Origin: Vermamoeba vermiformis
Lineage: Eukaryota
Reading direction: 5' to 3'
Assembly (NCBI GenBank): GCA_045837725.1
Contig: JBEWZL010000077.1
Coordinates: 62,001 to 126,000 of the forward strand
Length of the DNA stretch: 64,000 nt
Program-made: the position numbers and the translations under genes
In this document: piece by piece, positions 53,954 through 64,000 of the stretch
How positions within the stretch are numbered: the first letter of the stretch is position 1
Layout of the letters: each line of letters begins with the position of its first letter
The notes under the pieces: model-generated
Seen by the model: the letters and a program-made list of their open reading frames with translations, nothing else
The model's database searches: none
What the model was told of the DNA's origin: nothing

Positions 53954-55843
53954 ATTCTATTCGAATTGAATAAAAGCACTTCACTGTCATCACTGTCTTG
54001 CATCTCTTCATCTTCCAAATCATCGTTGATATCAATCACTGCATGCAGTTGTTCAATTTGATTTTGTCTTTGCCGCTGGTATCTTCTTTTCTTTCGCCCT
54101 CTCCTGTTCCTCACTCGGTTTACTATGCCTAACATCTTATGCTTAGTTAATAAGGACTTGCGGCGAAATACATTTCGCATCGTTTGCACCGGAGTTTTCA
54201 CTGCATTTAAGCCGCCGTTGTGATTCGTTCCTGTCCTAAATATTTGCTTATGTAGGCGGTTGGTATGTTCAAAGCCTTGCTGACTCCACTTTCCAATTGA
54301 GCCATGAAGTTCAATTGTTTCGATTGAGTGCTTGCACACAATGTGAACGTACGGTGTTACTCCGTTTGGAAACAAAAACTTCCACGTTGTGAAAAGTAGA
54401 TCACAAGCTTGGGCTAGAATGTGTCTAGAGGCCAGTGACAGGTCTTGCATTTGATTAATTAGCTGATAAGTGGTGGCCCAACTGGTCACTAGCGACAAAA
54501 ACAATGATTTGTCCCCAGTGTAGTTGTTGTATAAGAGAAGCAGGCCAGGAGCTATCGCTTGAGTAGAATGATCAAGGGCCATCAACTTCTTGACGTTGTT
54601 GCCTTGAAGGTACACCTTTAAGGCCCTGTTTGACTTCTCTTTTGGCTTCACAACTCGAATGCCGTAGTTGGTCTTCAATGCGGCCACCAACGGAGGAAAC
54701 GCCACAGTGTTCATTATAGGAGTAGCTACATATTCAATCAACTTTTCTGTTATTCGTAAAGAAGCATGTAGACTGCAGTAGACAAATTGTTTGCGCAAGA
54801 ATGGAAAGCCAGGCAATGTTCGTCTGCAACAATTATCTAACTCGGTCTCCACGTCGGCAATCCTCTCAGAGACAATGTCACAGCAAGGGCAGAACTGATT
54901 GCCGTTAGAGTAGTGTAGTCCCGAAGTAGTCCAGAAGGAGCATAGGTCAATGCAAAAGCCAATCCACAGCTTTACGGATCGCCCACCAATGACTCGATAC
55001 GAGTGGTGCATCTCTGCAATTGTGCGAGTCAATTGATTGACTTGTTGTTTAGCTTCTGATTCTTTCGCTTGGAAGATACCCAAAGGGAATGTTGAGTAAC
55101 CAGATTGATTAGGCAGGCCAGGTAGATTCATAGGCACGATGCCCACCATTACTTCGTCAATGCCACCATTAGCTCGGCCATCGTAGCTTAGCTTGAGTAT
55201 CACATCGTTTGGTATTTCCATTTCGGGAAAGTTACTCGTGTGCAAACGGAATAAATAGTCACCGCACTCGCCCACGACAACGGAGCACGAGGCGAAATTT
55301 CCATCCTCGTGTTTCATGCCCAGCTCTTGCTCAATGTCTTCGTTCAGCTCTTTTCGTATTCTTTTAATATCGTTCAGGCTTGGCATCCTGACGGCAATGT
55401 CCTTTGGGCAAGCACGTCGCCATAGTTGAAACGCAGCATCGGACATGGAGCTCTCTTCCTTGGCTAGTAAGAACTATCTATTGTTAGAACACTCAAGATG
55501 CTTGCAATGAAGTGCTTACTCTTTGTATTCGCTCGTCGTCCATCTCCGGACGTGCCCGCTCATTGTCCATCTCAAAACCAGCGTGCACGTTGCCAACAAC
55601 GTTATTTCCCTGGGCCGCTGGTGTTGCTGGTTGATTACGCTGAATGAGCTCGTGTAATATCCTTGCTAGATCGTTTGCTGAATTCACCAGTGCGTTGCCG
55701 ATCTCCTGATCGGTCAGATTCTGTTGTTGTTTAAAGTCGTGCAGCACCAAATTGAGCGCGTCAACCACTTTGCCATTCTTATAAGACCCTTCTGCAAGGT
55801 CTCCAAGAAGTTTACAAGGTCTGCCCCTTGGTGTGTTATCCAT
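53950..55843 (-). CDS. RAG1/Transib-like DDE transposase (2 exons, ~615 aa)
   Basis: join(55843..55520,55473..53950) is in frame. RGRPCKLL resembles the NBD; LKLSYDG, GFCIDL...FCPCCD, SLHASLR and TPYVHIVCKH...HGSIGKWSQQGFEHTNRLHK parallel RAG1 core motifs. Confidence 0.85.
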
Positions 55844-56053
55844 GATCTGTCAGAAAAAGCGATTAAAATTTAGCCGTAAAAATAATTTTTATACTAGTGG
55901 TTCACTCTATAAAATTGAAATAAATTATATCAACTGTTCTTTATTTAAGTATTTATTCGATGCATATATGGGCTCAATTGCAACTACACTAATGGAAAGA
56001 AATTGGATCACATCTAGTGATCTCCGAAAAATTCACACTACGGTACTAAAATC

Positions 56054-57171
56054 TTACTTGTTTAATGCAGATTGGTGCGCAAAGAGTACCATAGAGTATC
56101 GCTGACCTTCAGTTACTTCTAAGTTCTCGTGCAACAGAGTGGCCGAATTGAATGCGATGAGATCTCCCGGTTCGCATTCAATTTTCAGCTTCAGATCACG
56201 AAAAACAAGCTGTCCTCCTTTGAAATTTCCATAAGGGATCAAGAACGATAATCCCTCCATATGATCATGCCAATCGTAGTGAGCAGAGGCTGTTCCAGCA
56301 TTAACTGCCGCTGTTGGGAAAGCACGCCCGACGAGTCGCATATCTAAGGGCATATTGATTTCTGAGTATGCCTTGTAGAGTGACTTGAAGCTCTTTTGCA
56401 AGTGCATGTTCAGTTTCGTGAACAACTCTCTATTCAGTTTGTTCTTTAAGAAAGTCTCGGAGGCCTCGCTCTTCTTCGTGTCACCCGTGAAAAAAAAGTA
56501 ATCTTGGTAACAACACCAGGCACCAAGGTGTTCTGTCTTCTTTCGCTTCGTCACCCCTCCGCCATTAACGCGTAGCAATCGGCGCGTGCTTGACTCCAGC
56601 GCGTTCAGGTATTTCTTTGCCACTGCGTGCTTCCATACACGCACCTTGACACGCTTTTCATAAGAGAGGCCTTGGTTGTTGTCAAGAAGCACAAAGTTGC
56701 CCTTTACGGCTTTGAGGTTTGCTCTTTGGCTCCGTGTTAGCGGACCAAGTTTTCGACCACGCTGTCGCGGAGGAATCTCCATTGTCATCGTCTCTAGCTC
56801 TGGCTCTTGCTCTTGATTTTGCTTCTTCTGCTTGGTTTTCCAGTAATTACGAGCGTGTGACTCTCGATCAGCCTCTCGATCCACTGCTCTAATAATATTT
56901 AGAAAAAAATAAATATTGACGAAAATTATTCTAAAAATTATATTGCTGTAATATATAGTCGGCTTACTTCTTGGATTTTTTTCTTGGTGGCTTTAAGCGA
57001 GGGATGTGAGTGAGCCCATCCGAGGCCGGCTTCAATTTTGGTTTCTTTGCTTGTGGCTTACGTGTGCTCTGAATTTAATAGTAATTAATTTTGAACTAAC
57101 TCTAAAAACATAATGAGAGCGATTACCTTGCGAGGATCTGACCCCTTCTTTTTCGCCTGTCTCGTGCGCAT
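56054..57171 (-). CDS. TET/JBP-family 2OG-Fe(II) dioxygenase (3 exons, ~326 aa)
   Basis: join(57171..57127,57068..56968,56888..56054) is in frame. Basic N-terminus, then FPTAAVN..SAHYDWHD (HxD), GNFKGGQLVF, PGDLIAF, LLHEN (distal H), QRYSMVLF (RxS). Confidence 0.85.
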
Positions 57172-57444
57172 TCGTGTTGTGGTCTTGCACGTGTTAATTG
57201 CTTCTAGAACGAACACAAAAAGGCAGGTGGTTTGTGTTTTTTACCGTAAAAAAGTACTCCGAATCTTGTAATGAAGATACACAACACTCATATAATGGAA
57301 TATTATAATAAGCAAAAATATTGGGACAAAAATTTGCAGGAACTAGATTCAGAGATTGATCTCAGAAAAGGTGGCATATATTTGACCGTTTTCTACGACG
57401 AAGTCGTCTCTTATTTATACTAGTTATAGTATATATTATATATT

Positions 57445-58921
57445 ATGGCTTCAGCACTATTAGACGCAATACCAGACATCCTTCTCGAATACGCTCAGCA
57501 TTGGAATTTGTTCGATCTGTGCGCGTTACTTCAGACGAACAAAACAATAGCAGCGATGTTGAATGATTTTAAAATAGTAGCCATAATTACTGAGAATTAC
57601 AAGTAAGTGAATAGCGGTTTTGTTGAACAGAAATTAATTATTAGCCGTGAGCTGTTTCTTAAAAAGGCAGACGAACGTATTCTCAAATTCTTAAGCTATA
57701 AAGCCAAGGTAAATAAGATAGATCATTTATTTGGCACTATTTAATTAATTTTTCTTTTTAATACTAGATGGCAGCAAAACAAAATGACGCCGAGGCAATC
57801 AACTTCGTATTAGAGCAGTACAGTCGATATTTCAAGAATCATACATTACATTACTTAGGACCCATGGTTCTGCCTGCTATTTTTCAATACGATGCAGATT
57901 TGGCTTTGGAGTGCATTTGGAATGTAAGGAAAGCTTAAATCATCACTCATTCTAACGTTTATATACAGCATTATAGTATATCTAAGTCGGCGAGCGAGAC
58001 CGATTCAGATCTATTGCCTTTCCTTGCCAAGTTCACGATCCACCCGTGTTACGTGTTGGGATCGAACATTACTTTCAGCAAGATCTCAAAAACGTTTGAA
58101 TTTGTCTTACGAAAATGTAATGAGCACTTCGACAATATAATTGCTAATATTGTGCGCGATGCAATGGGCGGTCGAGAAAATCAGCGTCGAGTAAGATCTG
58201 AGCTGCTATACCAGCTACTATACTCTACTTAATGATTAATTTGACAATATTATTTAGAATGCACCTATCGATAATATTACTCTGTTTCGTGCTGTAATGC
58301 ATTGCCGGAGAATCTTCCCTGAATACTTCTCATTCGACATAAACAGAAGAATGGACACACTCCAAGTACGTAAAAAACATTATTTATAGCTAGTTTTATA
58401 TCTAATAATGAATAGAATGTATCACCATTAGAAAAGGCAGCTCAACTGCACAACCGAGAATTATTCGAATTATTCTTAGAACACGGCGCTGCGATTGATA
58501 ACGAGAATGTTAGGTATTGTAAGCTTGCTTATGATAATTTCTACAAGTGGGTTGGTCCATTTGTTCAATACATGATTAAAAGAGGTGTTGGTACGTTTTA
58601 TTTCCTAAAAAGGAAATTGACACGACTTAACTTTTGTTTGTTTTAGATGTGAATGCAGATTATAATGAACATAGTCTTTTATATTTTTATATTAGTCAAT
58701 ATGATGACCCTGATGATGTCTAGTAAGCTACCATAGAAAAGATCTTTTTCCCAGGATCTGCAGTAACTTTTTGTTGCAGCATTATTGAATTCATTAAAGA
58801 AAATACTAGAAAAACTTATTTAACATTTGAGCCACTCCATGATTTTGTAGGCAACATAACCATTCACCCAAAAGGAAAAGCAGAACAACTGAATTCTGTT
58901 CCACGTAAGTTTTCAACATAG
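57445..58921 (+). CDS. F-box-like + ankyrin-repeat protein
   Basis: MASALLDAIPDILLEYAQHWNLFDLCALLQTNK is F-box-like; SPLEKAAQLHNRELFELFLEHGAAID is an ankyrin repeat. Many short exons. Confidence 0.6.
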
Positions 58922-58952
58922 AACAATTTTATCTTGTTTGCACATTTTCTAA

Positions 58953-61900
58953 TTAAATGTAAAGCCCTAAGTGGCACTTGGCAATATCAAAAGCAACAAG
59001 TTCACCATCACTATCAAAATCAAAGACTATAATAAAATTAATTACGTTGCATTACAATATCATAAAACTCTAATATTGCGACGTACATTGTGGTAATCCA
59101 GGGATGTCCTCTTTTTCTCCAGTTTCGCTATTTATGATTGCTGTTTTTTCTCCAAAGGCACAAATAATTTGCTTTTGTTCGGCAAATATTCGAACTCTTG
59201 GCAGTAGCAACTCCCAATGAGTATTGTTACTAGGCACCTCCTAAAAAGAAAATCAAATAGTGCTATTAGTACTTGTATTTTAACCTCTTTGAGTAAACTT
59301 ACAAAAAGTACTCGCAAAGTTTTAGTGTCCATGACTGCTAAGTTATCGTTGGTTATGATGGCAAAAAGATTATGTTTGGCATCATAATCCATGTGGCAAG
59401 ACCTAAAATAAATATGTAAGAGTTGAGTCTAGTTTAATTGTGACTAAAACCTACGCGGAACTATCTTCATCCAGGTTAAGGCGAACAACAAAATAATCGC
59501 CTAATTAGGAAAGTCCATTAAGCACGTGATTTTAAACCACTTCAATACTGTACCATGTCGCATATTAACTTGAGTGTTCCACTTCTTCGCTAATTCTTGT
59601 TTGACATTTTGACACTTGACACTTTGACACGTGTCATACTCACGTGTCAAAAGTTCTCGCCACAGCACATCATCATCGCCCCATATTTTGAGTTGACGAC
59701 ACGTTGATGACAGTGCCACGACTGTTTCAACGCTGGCAAACTTCATAACGGTCAATACAACCTCTTGTGGCAGGTGCAAAAATGAATTGGCAGGCTGCAA
59801 ATCCATCATGCACTCGTACGAAATTTCAGCTTGGCGTAACTGAAATCCGTTGCGGAGATTTGCAATTTGACTCGGAAAAAGTTTTTCGTAGTCAAAGATA
59901 TCGATTCCTCTTTTAGACGCAGCGATGATCTTTTCCTTAAACAGATATTCGATGCCCTAAAATTGTGTTAAAATATTACCTATTTAATTAATTAAAGCTT
60001 ACTTTATCCGCGGCCAGATCTTCCGGGTAATAGTTTTTCTTATTTTTCCCGTTAAGTAATTCAAATATTTGTTCTCGTGAGGCTGAAATAATATTAGTAT
60101 CGTTCACTCATAATTATATATGCTAGCTTACCATAATTTACTATACTAGGAAATAGATACTTGGCCAAGCGCTTCAACATGGCAATTTCGTGCAAAATAT
60201 TATTGCCGTTTTTATCGCGCACAAAGATCGAAGCACCGTGACTCAACTGAGAGATATAAATTATTAGAATTACCGAATTAATTAATCTGATCAACTTACG
60301 AGTAATTCTAACAGTTCTGGGGCCTCATTTCTAACGGCATAATAAATGGCTGATTGGCCGCTACTATCAACAGCGTCAACGTCAGCGCCATTTTCAATCA
60401 AAACTAGCACAAAATCAATGGTATTAACGTTATAGTAACGTTGGCCGGGCTTAAACTTTGAAATGCAGTGAAGTATGGGCGTCAACCCGTCACGATCTTT
60501 CTCGTTCACTGAACCACGCACTGAAGTGAAATTCAATTAAAAACATAACCAAATAAGGAATAATAGTTGCTTCTTACGTTGTCGTGCTGCCCAGGAATAA
60601 ATTTCGATGTTTGGATTTTCGAGTAACAAATGCAGCAAATTTTCGCCGTTAATTTTGATGCTCGGATCAGCCCCGTACGTTTCTAGTAACTTTTGTTCAT
60701 GAAAATAATAAAATTAATAAAAATGGCATCGTCATAGTAAGTTTTGATGTTTGTACCCGAAAATGAGCGAGCGATTCGGCCAACATCAGCGGAACAACTC
60801 CGTCATCTAAACAACCAAATTTAGTAATTATTAAATGTAGTCTAATCAGCGTTACCATCAATGTGATTGAAATCGGCGCCATGGTTAGCGAGTACCGCTA
60901 ACATTGCATCAATTTTCGGGCCAGCAAGTAGCTTCTCTTCAAAGCGATTTTCCTAAAATAACCTTATTAGTAAATGTGCTAATATTATTTGAAGTATATT
61001 ACGTTATAAACGGACAAACTCGTATTAGGATTGGCGAGTACGGCGTGCACAAGTGTTTTTCCTTTTTTGGAAAGTGCCTTAACGTTCGCTCCGTGTTCGA
61101 TTAATTTAATCAACATCTCAATCCATTTTCCTTTGCACACTGAAAACAAATCAACGCTGTCGTTGATTTTGGCGCCTCGTTCTGTGAATGCACGGTTCAG
61201 TGAATTTTCGTTGCATCAGGTAGATTCAAATTTAACAAACCTAATAAGGCTAATATGACGTCCCCTTTTCGTGCCATAATTGCGTAAGTCAAGGGGCTAT
61301 AATTTCCTTCTTTTTCATTCAGGTCAACGCCGGCGGCTAAAAGCAGATCCAACATTTCAAAATAGTCCTGGGAGTGGAGTCCAGCAGCGATGTATTCTAA
61401 AAAATCATTATTAATTAATCGTATAGTTAACAAATAATTGTATCGGTCCTCTTTACTTACTCCTAATGGCAATGCAGTGAAGCGGATGTACCAATTTTTG
61501 CTCCGGCGTTGAGTTGATGATTGGTGGCTGTATTTTTTGCTTCAATAAGTACCTTAATACGCTGAATCTATATTCTTCCACTGCCAACTCTATTGGTGAT
61601 ATGCCGCTGGATCTGGCGTTGATGTCGACACCGTAGTTCAGAAGGAATTCTAGCACCTCTATAATAACAGAATTTTATAAATAACACGTCTCCATAATAT
61701 AGGTGCCGGGTACTATTAGTATGTATATATAATACGTACCTATATTTCCTCCTTTAACGGCAAAATGAAGCGCATTCCCCTCTTGAGAGTTGAATTTAAT
61801 GTCCGCGCCACGTTCAACCAAATATCGAATTTTGTCGCAAGAAACACCGTTTAATAAGGCTTTCATAATTATAGTATGTCCTTTTCCATCGTTCACAGTG

Positions 61901-62257
61901 CCGTTTAATTCAAATCCAGCATCCAACAACAATTTTAGAACGGCTGAATAGAAGTAAATTAATATCCATAAAACTTGATAATTTTATACGTACGAACGCC
62001 TATTTTATCTGAATTAATCGCGAGAGTTAGAGCACTGACTCCGTTTGGGGTTTGGAAGTTGATCCGACTTTGTTGCAGTCCCTGAGCGACTAATAATATT
62101 GTTAATTATTTGAACAATAGCAATATTTATTAGGCCTAATTGATCGAGCATTATTTGCAAAAATACCTGAATTAAGATCCAAGCTGACCAACCCATCTAT
62201 CACGGCCAATAAATAATTGATTAATGGCTCCGAAGTGACGCGCAATTGGAAATCCAT
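58953..62257 (-). CDS. Ankyrin-repeat protein with internal F-box and beta-rich C-terminus
   Basis: Many ankyrin repeats (GNALHFAVKGG, SPIELAV, SPLTYAI, TPILHCI, SAIYYAV) splice in frame via PEDLAADK|GIEYLFK to the F-box FLHLPQEVVLTVMKFASVETVVALSSTCRQL. Ends approximate. Confidence 0.75.
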
Positions 62258-62888
62258 GAGTTATTGTGCATTTTATGATTGCGAGGCACTAAATACGAAG
62301 GAGAAAAATGCATTTTTATTTTCTTTACTAAATACAGACCACAACCAGTTCAATAATGATCCACCAAAGATTAAAATATATAAATACGCCAAAGTAAGTA
62401 TATTCAGATTATTCTCAAGTAAACTAATAACTTAATTTCGTTAAAAACGAAAGATATTTTCACAAAGTACCGCCCAATTTATTAAATCATTAAACTCTGT
62501 TCGGCCGTATAAATTTTGTTATATTTTTGCGAATACAATAATTATGTATTAGTTTAATTAATTTAATTAGTTTTTTAGGGCTCATGCTATTTTCTCGTGA
62601 GCTACGATCTAATCACCTGCGCCGCAATCTTCAATGAAGAGGTTGCTCCGAACGCATATTGAGATATATTAGAGGCCTGGCAATTATAATATCCGTCATA
62701 ACACGTGCCTAACTCAGCAAAAAGATTCGTTATTCACAACGCGAGAATTTCTCAACTTTTCTTTCCTGCTTTTAGTGCGCCAAAGGTCCATCAGTAAGGC
62801 ACCACTAATTGGCCAACACGAGAAGTCTTACGTAAGACTGAAAAGTATCTTGGAGTGTCAAATCCGCGAGTCAATCAATTTTCCACCA

Positions 62889-64000
62889 ATGGTAAGCCTT
62901 TAAGCTGCTCAATTATAACATAGTAACAATAGTTGAATATGAATTTCATACTGCCTATAATTATCATTACGCTTTCGTTTAATTAAAGGATCGGATCAGA
63001 TTCGAAATTTACTTTTGGATTTTTTTTGTTTCTTGTTAAACTGTTTGACTTAGTATTAACTATTTAATTTATAGCTGTCTAAACGCAAGCGCGAAATTAG
63101 TATTAAAGAGCAAAAGTCACGCAAGAGAAGAAAAGTTGTTGACTCTTCTCCTCGCTTGGATCCAGGCATTTTCGGAGAACTGCCGCTAGAAATAGTCGTC
63201 AATCATATCATGCCTTATATAGCCATTGATTGGTTATACGTATCAAAAGCATGGCACGATCTCGCATTTCAGAGTTTGCGCTCAGATCCAAGCACCGAGT
63301 TGTCAGATTCGACCTTTGTTGACGCGGCACGTTGCGGATCTATTCGCGGTCTCGAGCTTCATACTCAACACGCCGACGAGATCGACATTAAAATGCAGAC
63401 TTATGATATGGCCATGACTGTGGCTATCGAGAAAGGTCATATGAAGGTGGTGGAGTACCTCATCGAAGAATTGTTTCTGGATGTGCACTATGACTACTTG
63501 ACGACAGCGACAGGCGAGGGCCAGCACCGCATATTGAAGTACTTCTTGGATTGGCTCGACAACGACGAGATCTACGTCAGCTACAACGACGAATACGTTT
63601 CCATGTTTGACACCGAGATCCGCATGAAAGCATCGGTCTTGATGCCTCTCGCGATCATGCACGGACATTTAAAAGCATTCAAAGTGCTGTTCAAAAAGCT
63701 ATCCGACACCGCTGAAGGCCGAAGAGACGCGACTTACGCAGCGACCAAGTACAACCAGTACAAAATATTGAAGTACTTGGCCCGTCACAATTTCCTTGAC
63801 GCGAGCAATTCGTTCTTCTATTGGGTGTTCACTGAAAATGTCGAGAAAGGCCAAACGAAGATAGTTCAACTCCTGCTGAAGCATATTAATGTGCAAAGCG
63901 ATATATTAGTCAAAGCGATTAATAAGAATCAATTGGAGATGGTCAAAGTACTCTTGGCGGATCCAAAAATAGATCCGTGCTACAACCAAAACGAACCTCT
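62889..64000 (+). CDS. F-box + ankyrin-repeat protein (3' partial)
   Basis: ATG|gtaag micro-exon, then exon from 63075: FGELPLEIVVNHIMPY...VSKAW (F-box) and AIEKGHMKVVEYLI, AIMHGHLKAFKVL (ankyrin). Runs off the window. Confidence 0.8.

Larger units (their letters stand above)
52680..57423. mobile_element. Putative mobile cassette: RAG1/Transib-like transposase + TET/JBP dioxygenase + orphan ORF + tandem arrays (boundaries tentative)
   Basis: Gene content as listed below. Left end A|TCACTATATTTATATATATAA; right end hairpin ACGAC-GAA-GTCGT, 12 nt, then CTAG|T. No convincing TIR or TSD found by eye. Confidence 0.65.

Noticed and set aside
54703-54709. RSS heptamer CACAGTG (also at ~26550 and ~61834)
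   Set aside because: All lie inside coding exons without a spaced nonamer; expected by chance.
48944-57258. Short inverted similarity AGTACTT..TACGGTAA (48944-48960 vs 57241-57258) as ends of a larger element
   Set aside because: Only ~15 matching nt and does not extend; could be chance or a promoter motif.
52681-57431. Transib-style TIR pair (CACTATATTTATATATATAA vs reverse-strand TACTATAACTAGTATAAATAA)
   Set aside because: Low-complexity AT match, the right copy lacks the terminal CAC, and flanking 5-mers (GTAAT vs TATAT) do not form a TSD.
62256-62662. Possible two-exon small + strand gene
   Set aside because: Its ATG overlaps the proposed start of the minus-strand ankyrin gene and no motif supports it.

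Overview
Gene-dense, intron-rich (short GT-AG introns) nuclear DNA of a unicellular eukaryote, probably an amoeboid protist (inferred from gene content). About 28 genes. Housekeeping genes: poly(A) polymerase, RasGEF, ferritin, class I PI3K, Rpn12 with an intronic tRNA-Asn, and a rhomboid-like/UBA protein. Accessory genes: two F-box/SNF2 paralogs, three Crinkler-like P-loop proteins, one F-box/LRR and three F-box/ankyrin genes. The standout is a ~4.7 kb cassette (~52.7-57.4 kb). It carries an intact, spliced RAG1/Transib-like DDE transposase, a co-oriented TET/JBP-family 2OG-Fe(II) dioxygenase, a convergent orphan ORF whose stop overlaps the transposase stop, and two tandem-repeat arrays. It has Helitron-like rather than clear TIR ends and lies next to a strongly CpG-depleted zone. 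Also notable: a triose-phosphate/PEP-type transporter fused to a pyruvyltransferase-like domain, and a 114-bp probable gene-conversion tract between the SNF2 paralogs. All gene models were spliced by eye and family calls rest on motif recognition only; no searches were run.
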